DNA of 64,000 bases from Azolla caroliniana (Eukaryota; Plantae; Polypodiophyta), in contig JBHGNT010000011.1 in NCBI GenBank assembly GCA_043228905.1, positions 2,232,001 to 2,296,000 of the forward strand, written 5' to 3'. A model generated the notes under the pieces. The model ran no database searches and was not told where the DNA came from. It worked only from the letters and a program-made list of their open reading frames with translations. Position numbers and translations under genes: made by a program. Shown here piece by piece: positions 1 through 21,313 of the stretch; the first letter of the stretch is position 1, and each line of letters starts with the position of its first letter.

Positions 1-3000
1 ATCATAAAGGAATAGTGATATGCCATGTAGTCATTGTAGCCAAATCGGCTGACCGGATTCTTTTCACGGGTGGAGCAACGGAGCTTTTCATTTGCAGAGA
101 TGAGGGCTTTCTTAGCTCCGATTGGTACATCGAAGCCGCCGAACTCACTGTCGAGTGAGTGAGTCGACTCATCGTCGTCAAAGCGATCGTCTTCATATTC
201 CAACATTTTCACCTTGCCTTTGTCCATCTTCGGGCTAGGCCGTGATGTGCTTTGATCACTCGGGTGCTCTTGTGGCCCACTTAGCCTTGTGGTAATCGGG
301 CTATCTTCGAACATGTCTTCGAGGCGATCTCCACCTTCTTGCTCTTGTTCAGCCAGTTCCGTGTCGATCGGGGTCGAAATCAGAATCTTCTCTAGTGCGT
401 ACCAGGATGCGGATTCGTCGAACACGACGCCTTGACTTACTCGAACTTTTCGGGTAGATGGGTTGTAGCATTTGTACCCCTTTTGTTCGAGTGAGTATCC
501 TACGAGGATACATTTCTCCGACTTTGGATCTAGCTTTTGCCGCTTTTCGTCGGGTATGTGCATGTATGCTATTGCGCCAAATATCCAGGTGTGCGATAAG
601 TCCGACTTCTTTCCGAAGTATTTTTCATGCGGAGTGACCTCGTGCTCTCCGGACGTTGTGCACCGGTTCATTAGGTAGACGACCGTATTTGCAGCTTCGG
701 CCCAATATGACTTGGGCATATGCTTCTTGTTCATCATGGCCCACGCTACTTCGAGGATGTGCCGATTTTTGCGCTCGGCTACTCCGTTTTGTTGCGGAGT
801 GTGTCAGCAAGTGAAGTCTCGCCAAATTCCTTCCTTTCGGAGATACGCCGTGAAATCATCTGAGAAATACTCCTTGCCGCCATCCGATCGAAGGCATCGT
901 ACATGACGACCAGTGGCTTTTTCGACTTCGTTTTTAAACCTTTGGAAGTGTCCGAACACTTCGCTCTTTTGCCGCATCGGATAGAGCCACGTGTGCCTGG
1001 AGAAGGCGTCAATGAAGAGCACGTAATATCGGCATCCGCCGAATGTAGCCGTCTGCGCCGGTCCCCATACGTCGGAATGGACTACGTCGAGTAGACCTTT
1101 GCTCACGTTCCGCTCTTTCGGGAATGGGTGTCAGTGTTGCTTGCCGAATTGGCACGCTTCGCATACACCTTCAATCTCCTTCTCTTTGAATGTTGGGAGT
1201 CCGATGACGACTCCTTTCGATTTCATTGCTTTAAGTTTGTTGAGATTGATGTGGTTGATTCGCTTGTGCCATAGCTCTATGTCGGAGTCGGCTTTCATGC
1301 TTCTTGTGAACATGGCGGATTTCATCTCGTGTGAATCGGGAATGAACATCCAACCCTCTCTTCTTCCGCGCGCGATGATTCGGCCCTCTTTTTCGATGAA
1401 GTGCCATTCTTAGTCGAATCGTACTTGCATCCCTTGCTCAACCATTTGGCCGACCGAGACCAAATTGGGAACATGCAAGACATTTTTAATGTATGTTTGC
1501 TTACCTCTTTCGCGAACGGAACATTGCCGATGTGCCGAATCGGGTGCGTAGTGTCATCTCCGGTTTCGACATAACCGGGTTGCTCCAACTCTCGAAGTTC
1601 GAGAAACCATTCTTTATGAGATGTCATATGGTTTGAGGCTCCGGAGTCAACAAACCATACGTCCTCCGGATTGAGGGCACTAGCTGAGGTAGAGGCCGAC
1701 ATAGAGTTTACTCTATGTTTCATCATGAACATTCCGTCACGGTCGAAGTTGTGTGCATACATTCCGCCACGATCTTCGTAGTCGGAGTTGTGCCCGTACA
1801 TTCAGTCGGAATTGTGCGCGTAATTCGTGAGTTGTCGGCTTGTGGAAGCCAATTCGCACATCTTCTTTCGGTACTCTTCTTCGTGGTGGCCGAGCTTTCC
1901 GCAATATCCGCATTCGGTTGCATTTTGACGGCTCGGGCCGGAGTGGAAGCTCCCCCTTCTTGCGAAGGTTCCTCGTTGGCTTCCGTTTTGCGGCCGAAAT
2001 TGGGAGTTATTGTCGTAGGTCGAACCTCATCCGCCTTGTCCTTGGCCGAATCGGCCTCTCGCTCGTCCGCGTCCTCTTCCTCCGTTCGAGTGCGTGTAGA
2101 GCATGTGGCCTTCCGACTCATTTCTCCTTGTACGCACGTGGTTTTCTTCGACCAATAGCATTGATTGGAGCTCGAAGGAGGGAGATTTCTCCCTTGCTAG
2201 AACGGCGGTTCGCATCACGCCGAACCGTGGTGCAAGGCCGCTTAGGCATATTTGCACCATCTCATCATCATCCACATTGACGCTTATTGAGCCAAGCAAC
2301 TCACAAAGCTCCTTGATCCTCAAGGTGTAGCTTGTGATCGACATGTCCCATTGTTGGATTTTGTTCAACTCTTGGCGGAGTTGAAGCTTCCTCGTGGTCG
2401 TGTTGGCGGCGAAAATCTTTCGTAGATTTTCCCACACTTCCTTCGGCATCTTGGTTTCTCGAATGTAACCGAGCATGTGGTCGTGAACACATGTCGCCAA
2501 GCAATACATTACTCGACTCGCCGCTTGCTCCCATGTTGAGTAGTCGGCGTCTTCCGGGTCAGGTCTGTTTTCTTGTGCTCCCTTGATGTAACCCCAATAG
2601 CCTTGGCCGACAAGGTATTGGTGCATCTTGTAATCCCAAGATGCGAAGTTGTTTCGGTCCAACTTCTCGCTAGGGAGAGAGCTCCCCATTTGAGTATTCA
2701 TGGTGTTCGATGTAGATTTCTTCCTTCTTTTTCTCTCTTGAATACGAGTTATGTAGTCGCACTACGATAGCGATGAGCCAGTTCTTCTTGAACGTCGGTG
2801 TAGAGCTCAACACACACGAATGGGCTAGATGGAGCTACCAAACCGCTCTAATGCCATGTAAAGAATCGGTGGTGATTCTTGTGCAACGGAATAGACTAGA
2901 GATATGTGTTGTGAGTTTGTGTGTGTGTGTGTATGAGAGAGAGAGAGAGAGAGAGAGAAACACAAGATAGATAGATTTGAACAAGAATAGAATACTCAAG

Positions 3001-3260
3001 ACAATGTATATTACAAGGGAGATTAACCGAACTTATTACAAAGTAAGAGGAGAGTGCTTTATATAGTCACTCTCTCTCTTCATTAACTACCGAAGCTCAT
3101 GGGTCCTGGGGAATGTGAAAGCTTGTTAGTTATGTGTCATAGAATATGATTCTATGACACATAGTTAATGTGTGGATAAGAGTGGTGACTTTTGACCTTT
3201 GAGTGCACACTCTCAAGGGTGTGTTCACACACTAGACTAGGTTAAGCTTGATTCTCAACA
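1..3260 (-). mobile_element. Ty1/copia LTR retrotransposon, 5' part (5' LTR, PBS, gag, protease, integrase), frameshifted; runs off the window start
   Basis: Minus-strand ORFs give gag (2027-2701, MNTQMGSSLPSEKLDRNNFASW...), a zinc-knuckle remnant CGYCGKLGH (~1870-1910), protease WFVDSGASNHMT, GAG-pre-integrase WHKRINHIN and integrase VHSDVWGP...RSDGGKEY. Domain order is copia-type. Several frameshifts and stops. Confidence 0.95.
2857..3260 (-). repeat. 5' LTR of the copia element (family A)
   Basis: TG...CA termini (minus strand TGTTGAGAATCAAGC...CTTTACA). Abuts a tRNA-Met-like PBS TGGCATTAGAGC (2845-2856). Homologous to the solo LTR at 47148-47546. Confidence 0.9.
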
Positions 3261-4002
3261 TGTAGAAATAGAAAATGCCATCAAATTCATGGAATATTGT
3301 ATGTAGTTTTTATTCGTGCATTTTATCGTGTTAAAAGATATGAATGTTGTGCTTCCTTGGGTGACTGGGTCTAACAACATAGGAAGAAAAATGTATGGAT
3401 AACTAACTAGAGATGGGTAGCAAAAATAGAGTTTGAAGGAAAACAAATCACAAAAGACCATAAATGTGTTACGTGTACGTGGAACAAGCTTTCAATGAAA
3501 TTCCTCTTTGTGTCTCTCTCTACATAATCACAATGAATGATTGAGTTTGTCTCTAGACAAAGTTTGATGTGACACTATAAATAAAGAAATAAAGTGGGTT
3601 TTGAGCTTGTACAACCTTTTATGCAAGATTGTCATGTAGGATGAGCATTATTTTTGTAGAAAGTGAGAGTTTTTTATCATATATTAGGCGAAAGGCAAGG
3701 ATGTTTGTAGAAACAATGCATTTATTGATTAGTTGTAGTTTGTAAAATCTTGAAGATTTAATATGGTATGAGAGCTTCAAATGGGACAAATTTGTAGAAT
3801 TCAAAATATATGCAAACTCAATGATTTATTGGAAATAAAAACATGCATGAGAGAGAGAACACAATAATTTAGCATTCTTATTAAAATGGAGGAATCCTTC
3901 ACTTTTAGGGAGGTGGACCTTTTTAAAGCTTTTTGGCATATGCCATCACATCGGTCATTCAACACATGGTAATTGAGAATAAATGAGGCATATAGAGCAA
4001 TT

Positions 4003-4568
4003 CATAGTATGAACCATATGTACCATACGTGCATTCGCATTGTGAATGTTTAAATCATTCACGTATGGTAAACACCCTCAAAGAATGGTAAATACCATAT
4101 TTTTTTATTTATTATTTTCTATAAGGTAAATTACAAAAATTGTAGAAATTACAATAATTTCAAAAAAATTATAGAAATGATAGAAATGATGGAACTTTTT
4201 TGCACTACATACTATTTACTATGACCTAAAGTTTAAAACTTTAAACTTTAAACCCTATTATTAACCCTAAATATATGTGGATGGGAGAGGAGGGAGCTTG
4301 GAGTCTCACTGATATGTAGAAATTGATGGTGGGAGAAGATGTGCAGTGTGCACTATGCAAGGAACAAATCATTCAAGGTTGGATGGGAGAGGAGAGGAGC
4401 TTGGCATCATGGGAGAAGATGTGAAGTGCATAATGTTCTTAGGTTCGCTCCTTTCTGAGAAATCAAAGTAAAAAAAACACACACGAATGTTTGAATAACA
4501 TACGCATTCGTTTGCTAACGTATGAAAACAAATGTTATGGCAGGCGAATGCGTATATTACGTACTATG
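4003..4568. mobile_element. Non-autonomous hAT-type DNA transposon
   Basis: Terminal inverted CATAGTA...TACTATG with subterminal GCATTCGC/GCGAATGC. Perfect 8-bp TSD GAGCAATT at 3995-4002 and 4569-4576; 8-bp TSDs are typical of hAT. Confidence 0.8.
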
Positions 4569-5364
4569 GAGCAATTAATACAAAGAAGCGGGGCTGCAGG
4601 AATAGAGCGTTAAAACCTTATGTTGCACTAACTAGTACAACTAACAATACATAATTCACATACTTATTTCAAAGCAATTCAATTATATGTATCCTTAGAT
4701 AATCAAATCTCCATGATCTACCATTTCTAATTATTTGAGCTTTATATCGGTACCTTCACTTTTTTATTATACTTTATTAGACATGCCAAAATGTGCATTT
4801 GCACTCAGCTGAAAAAAGAAGAAGAAAATAAAATAAAATTGCATCCATAGTCATACCAATGTAAAGGCTTCTATGGGACTAAAATTTGAGTTATTCCAGG
4901 TTCATCACACATACATCTATCACTTAATAACTATATCCAATTAATTGTAGGCCTGTCAAAGTATTTCTATTGCTCTTCCATTGTTGTTAAGCTATCAAGA
5001 TTGTCCATATTTGGGGCCTTATCAACTTAGGAATATGTTAGGGAGTTTGATTTCGTTCTTGAATCGATAAAAAAAAAGGAGCAATTTCATTTGTAGATTA
5101 GGACAATGGTAAACTCAGTTAATAGAGAGCCCACTTTCTAGTCCTTGCTTGCTTAGTAAGCATAATTGGTTGACTCCTTCCTAGACAAATTCCACGACCA
5201 AGAAATGGAACCAATTTTGAACATGAGCATTTGAGTTTAATGAAATGTGATGCTTGCCTTGCTAAACATGAATATAAACATAAAAGGAAATGTAAACACA
5301 TCAATTCCTAGATGAAGAGACCTTTAGCAAAGCATGGAGTAAGGAAGAGAGAGAGAGAGAGAGA

Positions 5365-7378
5365 GCACCTATTAATGATATACACATTAGAGGAGGGTTT
5401 GGTTTCACATGGGATGTTTAATGAAGGAGTAACACAACCTATTTCTGTTCGGAGATTAGTTAGACAAGGATGCATGTTTAGTCCTTTACTATTCACTATT
5501 GTGACACATCATATTCTTGTTAAGTTACACAATATGGCTATGGAGGAAAAATAGCTTGGACTAAGGTTGCCATCAAGGAAGCCATGTATTGTTCAACCTC
5601 TCACAGATGACCATCTCATGTTTTTGTCACCTAATCAGGAAAATATTAGTAAGACAAGTTATGTGTGGGAATTGTTTTGAAATGCTTTAGGGTTGAGAAT
5701 TAATATGCATAAATTTATCTTCATTTCATGTACAGAACAAGTTGTGTTAGGGTTGGGGTGGTCAGGAAGGGTAGTACATCATGGTATGATTTGTTGTCAC
5801 TGTGGATATCCAATTGGGGTAGAAGTTTCTCATGTGAAACTTATTTAATGGGTATCCAAAAGATTGGAGGTCTCAATTTTGGCCTTTTCATGTATGACTT
5901 AAGTTGGTCCAATAGATTATGGTCTCTATGGTGTCTTATTATTCAATGTGAATGTTGTTATGGAAAAGAAAAGGGAGAAGTGGCTTTGTCATGGTTGGCA
6001 TGGGATCATGTTTGCACTCTGAAGAGTCTTGGTGGGGCATCAATATTGAATTTATATGAGTATATGGTGGCTCATCGATTTATGTTTGAGAGTGTACAAT
6101 CTTGGACATAAATGGTGGCATACTTTATAGAGAAAACATGAATTAAGCTTGTAAACATCATGGTTGAAGCCATTTGGTGGAATGTCATTAATTCTGAAAG
6201 GGATGTCAAATGTGTAAGGTCTTTGATAGTTAATCATTTGTTGACATCTTGGCAAAGTATGTTGGATTTTGTGGAATGACATCCTCCACAAGAAAGGGGA
6301 TGTGCCAATTCATTACAAATGGAGGTTTTGACAACAACAATCTTGTTGAGGTGGGAAGGTAAACAAATTCTTAACCTTCAATTTAATCGGATGGCTAGGT
6401 TGGGTTTGGTAACAGTCAAGGATGCTCTGTTGGTGTCACAAAGAAGATTAATAGCCTTTCAAACAACAAGATCAATATTTCATATTCCAAAAGGTTATTC
6501 CTTTATTGGGGATAAGTTGCAAGAATTATTATCTTCATATGAACCAAATCCTGATTTAGATGGGGGAGCTCAAGAGCTTGATTGGATGTTTGTTGGAAAT
6601 AGGAGTTGAATATGATCTCAACAAATAATGCTTATCAAAAGTTGATTAAAAAACATAAGTGGATGGAAAAAAGGGTTATAAAGATGTGGGTTTTTGTAAG
6701 CCTATTACTTGGTGGTCTCATGTGATCAAGGCGGGTTGGTGTTCTTGATTGATGCTACAAGCTAAGGTGTTCATTTGGAGAGTTATGGTTGGAGTTTTAC
6801 CATTGGGGGATGCATTAAAAAAAAGAAACATTGCTAGAGGAACGTGTTTCTTTTGTTCAGTGGAATTGGAACATAGTAGGAATCGATTTCTTTCATGCCC
6901 AATGGCTATGATGGTTTGGAGGTGTATCAATTTAGTGTGGATATCTCTAAATGGAGGAAGCCTATCTTCCTTTAGTTGGGTTTTACACATATGGAGAACA
7001 ATGAACCAATGCCTCATTTCCAAATTATTTTTGAGTCCTTGAGGTATGGGGGCTATGCCTCAATTGGAATATGTGGAATGCCTTCATTTTTCATTTGCAA
7101 GTTAGGGTGAGAAAATATGTGTTGGGAAAATCGACGAATGTAGGATCACATACAAAGAGACAAGATATAAAACAAAAGAAAACAACCACAAATACACTAG
7201 AATTTAACGTGGAAAACCCTAACATGAAAAACCACAGGAGCCCACGAGACTCCAAAACAACTTCACTATGAGTGGATATACAAAATGTTCTTCCCTGACA
7301 CACAAGGATTATTACAACACTCTTATTCGGCCACAACCAAATGCTCAGAGTCTTCGTCTATGCAGACGGATGACAACA

Positions 7379-7416
<38 letters not shown>

Positions 7417-8210
7417 CTAGAGAATACCTTCAAGCTCCTCTAACAGCCACAACTATTCAACTCTCTATGTCCGCCCTACAACAACCCCCCCCCCCCAACT
7501 ATTCACCAACTATCATCGTCATTTAACTATTTGCCCTAGCTATATTTATACTTACATACTTATATGTCTATTTACAAATATAGCCCACAATAGGCACATC
7601 TAGGCTATTTATAGATTTAGCCCAATCGAATGAGTCCGATTTGGCTACTAGCCAATCAACTGTCATTCGACTTGTTCTTTCCACCGACACTCGGTCGGAC
7701 GAGCCGGCTATGAGTCGGCTCATGATTCATGGAGTCCAGTTCGGTTGACTCCCTTGCCTTAGGTGTATCCAGCTATCTAGTTGGACAAGTGGGCTATTGG
7801 CCGACTCTTAGTCGATCGGCACTTAATGATCCGACTCCACCTATAATATACGAATTCCGATTCGAACAAGCCGGCTACGATTCGACTCTTCAGTTGATCG
7901 GCTTCGGCCGATCCGGCTGGTTCTCCATCCCATTCGGAGGGATTGGATTCTCAACAATATGTTGTAAAGTTAAAATGACTTCTTTTGTCGCAATTGACAG
8001 TGCTAGAGAAGTCACGAAATCTCAACCATGAAGAGAGAGAACTCTACAAGGTCACATATCATCATATTCGCCATTTGAATTGGTGTGTAGGATGGCATTC
8101 GAGTTTGGGGTTGTAACATTATTTAGATCCCTACATAGATGGGTTCTATACTTTGTAGTAAGTTAGTCATGGTGGTGTTTTTTTCTTTTGTAATGAAAGT
8201 CAATATTTAT
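5365..8210 (+). mobile_element. 5'-truncated, degenerate L1-like LINE (RT C-terminal part and zf-RVT), interrupted by a solo LTR
   Basis: RT motif RQGCMFSPLLF; LAWDHVCTLKSLGGASI; zf-RVT-like KVFIWRVMVGVLPLGDALKKRNIARGTCFFCSVELEHSRNRFLSCP. Many stops. Boundaries are approximate and flanked by (GA)n tracts. Confidence 0.85.
7120..7956. mobile_element. Solo LTR (family B) inserted in the LINE
   Basis: TGTTGGG...TCTCAACA termini and a perfect 5-bp TSD ATATG (7115-7119, 7957-7961). Shares the motif AATTTAAC[G/A]TGGAAA(A)CCCTAA with the LTR at 47611-48204. Confidence 0.88.
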
Positions 8211-8436
8211 GGGGAGAGAGAGAGAGGGAGAGAGAGGGAGAGAGAGAGAGAGAGAGAGATTAGATTATTATAACTCAGTTGGTAACGTTGTTATGTGAAT
8301 ATTAGGAGGTCACACACTCAATGCCTACATTCAAAAGTGGCATCCATTAAAGTGGGATAGCTATCAAATTTGAGCCTCCATGCTATATGGGCTGGTAAAA
8401 ACATGGCTTACCAATTGGATTAAGCTCTAGAAAGTT

Positions 8437-8475
<39 letters not shown>

Positions 8476-8779
8476 TATTGTCCTCGAGGCCATATATGAC
8501 ATATGGAACTAGAACTCAATCATTTTGAAATAGACAAGGAGGGAGGGAGAGAGATATTCTTGAAGAAATTAATGCATGGGGAGAGTGGTCTTACAAAAAC
8601 GAAGGAAAGAGACTTGGGTTTGTTTACGTAGGTTAATCATCAAAGAGAAAAAATAGCATGTGTTTGAATTATACATAGCCCAATGATCATATAAGGTTGA
8701 ACGTAAACTTGAACCAGAGAGAGGGAGAGATGATGCAATAATTGGAGTATGATAAATGGGCTCTTGTCTAACAGTCTAG

Positions 8780-9616
8780 TGGAGTATTCCGATAGGTAAG
8801 TAGAATGAAAAGGAAATTTGATTTGTCAACTTTCACAATTAAGCAATGTAAACACCAATCCTCAATGGGGTTGCCTTTTTATGTCACTTAGTGTTACAAC
8901 AACAATTTAGAGGGTCCTCTTTGGCATAAGAGATCCTTGTTGTTATAGGTAGGGACAACAAGGTGTTCTTTTTTATGTTGTCACGTTGTTTTGATATACA
9001 CACTTAAACAAAAGAAGAAAAGAGCATCCATGGGTCCAATATAGAGACAAACATAGAGGGGGCGGAGTATTTCACAACAGGTAAGTAAGCCAAAAGGAAA
9101 TATGATTTTTGTCAGCCTTCACAATTAAGCAATATAAACACCAATTCTCAGAGGGGTTGCCTCTTCATGCCACTCAGTGGTATAAACATGCTTTAGAGGG
9201 GTTAACTTTGGCATAAGAGATCCTTGTTGTTATAGGTAGGAACAACAAGGTGTTCTTTTCTATATTGTCACGTTGTTTTGATATACACACTTGCTTATAC
9301 ACACGTTGTTTTTGAAAAGGACATCCATGGGTTGAGCAAAGAGACAATATAGAGGGGAGAATCACAAAAGGTAAGTAGGCTGAAAGGAAATATGATTTGT
9401 CAGTTTTCCCAACTAAGCAATGTAAACACCAATCCTCAAAAAGGGGTGACCTTTCAACGTCACTCAGTGTTATGACAACAATATACAACGCCTACTTTTG
9501 TAGGTAGGGACAACCAGGGGGGGGGGGGGGGGGGGGGGGGTGTTCTTTTCTATATTGTCACGTTGTTTTGATATACACACTTACTTATACAAAAAAGGAG
9601 AAGGGAGCATCCATGG
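8780..9616. repeat. Diverged tandem triplication, unit about 285-290 bp, upstream of the Pta gene
   Basis: AGGTAAGTA...AAGCAATGTAAACACCAATCCTCA...GTGTTCTTTT...TGTCACGTTGTTTTGATATACACAC recurs at about 8794, 9079 and 9369. Confidence 0.85.
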
Positions 9617-10371
9617 GGCTGATCACAAGGCTCGACAAAACCATACGGGTGTGTGTAGAATCAAAGAGAACAAGAAGGGTGTGTTGGGGGGGGGGGGGGG
9701 GGGGGGGGGGTCGGTGTCGACCATTCAAGGCGTGAGAGGTGTGTGTGATCCGAGACAAGAAGGCGGGCATAGGGGGAAACATGGGGGTGGGTAATGGGCA
9801 TGCAACTCGTGATTCTGGCCAGAGGACCAGACCAGACCAGACCAAGGCAGGGCAGGGCAGAGGTGGTATTGTCCACCCACAATTCCTATCAATCAATCAA
9901 TCAATCGAGATAGATAGATAGATATTCGCATGGTGGATCGGAGATAGCATCATTTTGGAGCCCAAGAGAGGTTTGGCTCCATGGATGGTAACAGTTAGCC
10001 CATATAGCTAACTAACTATAGCTATAGCCATAGCCATAGGTAGAGGTAGAGGTAGAGCCCCCTTCTTCCTACCCCACACATTTACACCCCTTCCTTCAGA
10101 AAAATCAGTTATGGAAATTCAGTCTGATGATGATGATGATGATGGCGATGGCGATGGCGAACTAGCTCTCCATATTAATTTCCATGCATTAACAGAGAAT
10201 TTCAGTAGCAGCAAGCAAGGCTCCCCTGTTTCTCTTCATTCTCAGCCCCCTTCCCCTTCCCCTGCCCAAGATTCTCCTCAATTTTCTTCTGCCCATCGTC
10301 AAGCAATCGCCCCCCGCCTCTCCTCAACACCTGCCCTTGTTTGATCACCGCCAAATCCCTGCGCGGAAGCA

Positions 10372-18745
<8,374 letters not shown>

Positions 18746-19335
18746 AAATCATTCATGTGATCTGTAGTTTAAAGGGTAAACTGAAATTATTACTAAGGTA
18801 GCAGGTTCTCGGCTCAGAAAGGACCCTTTGAATGCAGAGCCAATATTATCATTCTTAGTTGCCTTGTCGTGATAGCCTTTTCAAACTGCGACCGGAGATA
18901 TCATCTGAAAAGAAAAGGCAACAAATTTTTGAGATTGTATTTTCTTCACATAAAACTGATTGAGAAATAATAATAAGAGATTCTTTCATTGTACTACTTA
19001 TTGTACATTTTACACATTATTTAGGAAGAATGGCCCACCTCACTGTCAAGCAACTTACAAGATATCATGTGCAGGTAGTCTGGTACCTTGAAGCACACCT
19101 TACAAATTTTAGTGATTTAATTAATGTGAAACACAATTTGTGACTTAACAAAAGATGGGGTGAGAGTGAAAAGGGCGCACAATCTTCAATTGCCAAACAT
19201 CAGAAACTACACTTACGTGAATGCCTTTAGTAGTCTCAAATGAGATGTAATTAGTTTCAAAGAACATTAAGGGTACCAATTAAGTATCAACATTCACAGA
19301 AAGTATAATAGTTGCTACTTCGCCAAAATGATGAA

Positions 19336-19767
19336 AAGTGAGAACAGAGAGAACAGAACACTAAAATTACCAATATGATGAGAATAAAATATTCCTAACA
19401 TTGTAAACACAAGCAGACACCAAATAGCTAATATCATCCTAATCCATAATACTCACTTTCTTTTCCTTCATCCTCCTAAGCCTCTTCTTAATCTCACTTC
19501 TTAATTCAATCCAGCTTCTTCTTTTTTCCCTTCTGTTTTAGAATTCCCTCTTATCTATAGGTCTTTGATTGCACTCTTAATAGACTATTCTTGTTTTTTA
19601 ATTGATATGCTTCTTAATAGACTATTCTTGTTTTTTAATTGATATGCTTGGGTCAATGTGAGTCGTCCAAGATTTTTATAATATATTCTAAATATAGGCC
19701 TAGTTATCCTCTTTTCACATCGACCTACTTTTTCCATCACCATTTCTTCGTTGTAGCTCCCTTTTCA
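19336..19767. repeat. Dispersed LTR-like repeat, paralogue of 46769-47594 without the solo-LTR insertion
   Basis: Collinear similarity, e.g. AACACTAAAATT..., CCATAATA[C/T]TCACT, CTAGTTATCCT...CATCGAC[C/T]TACTTTT...ATCACCATTTCTTC. Confidence 0.7.
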
Positions 19768-20050
19768 AGATTCAAGATATTGTTAGAAAGCTCTTGTTGT
19801 CAGCTTTTTAGTGAATCTTTTCTTTCTAAATTTAGATATTGAATGAAAAAGGTAGAATGTGTTTTTTTCTGTATCTGAATCTCCTTATCCACTACTTGCG
19901 TTTTTCCTACTTTTTAACTTTTTTGAAAAAACGCCTTCCTTGATTGTTGTGGTACTTGCATCCTTCATATTGAGCTTTATTCTTAAGTACCTGTGTCCAA
20001 TGTATTTGTAACAATCTTTTATTTGGAACAAAAAGTGATTTCACATTAAC

Positions 20051-20535
20051 AGTATCATAACATTATTTGGTTCTTAATTTATAATTTAATTAGATAAATG
20101 TGGATTTTAAAATTGTGCTATGTAAAAATCCCAATAAGCTAAGTAATAAAATCTGAGTTTCCCATTTGAAAAAAAATATCTGGTCAAAATATTTAGTCAT
20201 TTAGCTACGTAAATATTTGGCCAAAATATTTCATCATTTAGCTATGTAAATATCTGGTCAAAATATTTCATCAACTAGCTATGTAAATATCTGGTCAATT
20301 TTAAACATCTCTAACTGTAGCAAGTTATCAGTATCATAAGTAGGTTTTTTAGTTCTTGATTTATAATTTATTTGATAAATGTGGATTAGAAACATACGGT
20401 GTGATATGTAAAAATCACAATGAAGCTAAGTAATAAAACTTGAGTTGTTTACCATTTGACAAAAAATTCTTGTGAATCAGCTACGTAAATATTTAGTCAA
20501 TTTCAAACATCTCTAACCGTAGCAAGTTATCAGTT
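20051..20535. repeat. Local duplication (about 280 bp) containing short internal repeats of about 36 bp
   Basis: AGTATCATAA...TTATAATTTA...GATAAATGTGGATT at ~20051 and ~20331. AAATAT[C/T]TGG[T/C]CAAAATATTT...TAGCTA[C/T]GT is repeated. Confidence 0.65.
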
Positions 20536-21313
20536 CAAGTCCAACCATCTTTGCTATACAAATTGGCACATTAGAAATCGAGTAGTTCCTTTGCCTGGTC
20601 CCCTGAGTAACATCCATTGAACAAAGCTGCCTGACCCCTAATCAGTTCATTGAATTTAGTTGAAAACCCATTTCATTAAACTTTTTCATCTGGACATTGC
20701 CATGAAATATTGAGACAGACGTAGAAGCATAATAGAATATAAGTACAACTATCTAACGAGCGAATGGATTTTGTTTGCTATTTTAATTTCTAACATAATC
20801 TAATTATGATTTTGTTTGCTATTTTAATTTCTAATATAATCTTATTATGAGGAAAAATATTAGTAACTGTTCATCTGGTGGGTTTTGTTTCTCTTCATCA
20901 AGACACTCAAAAAGTGACATTTCCAGTGGAACTCCTGGAAATTTCACATATACAAATTTTTCATCGATGCCTTTGTTCCATCCATGGCTTTCTCTTTGAT
21001 CAAGGGTGGCTGAGCAGTTCAGAGTGTAGCACTGGAATTCTGAGTTATGACCCATTCAAATTAGCATGGCGAATATACCAAAAACATGAATACATGTCAT
21101 TTCAAAAATATCCTTGCAATACATGTATCATTAACATTTTGATATATATGTGCACATCAAACTGAATAGTATCCATGAATTATTCCAGAAACCAACATCT
21201 TAGGTATAGACACGACTGGAGTTTATAGTGACCGGTAACTGTCATCAGTGAATCCCAATATGACAACACAAGGGACTTACATATTCACGATAGAGAAAAG
21301 AGAGGAACTCAGG

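Noticed and set aside
9540-9921. Poly-Gly and poly-Pro ORFs
   Set aside because: Artefacts of the poly-G tracts and short simple repeats.
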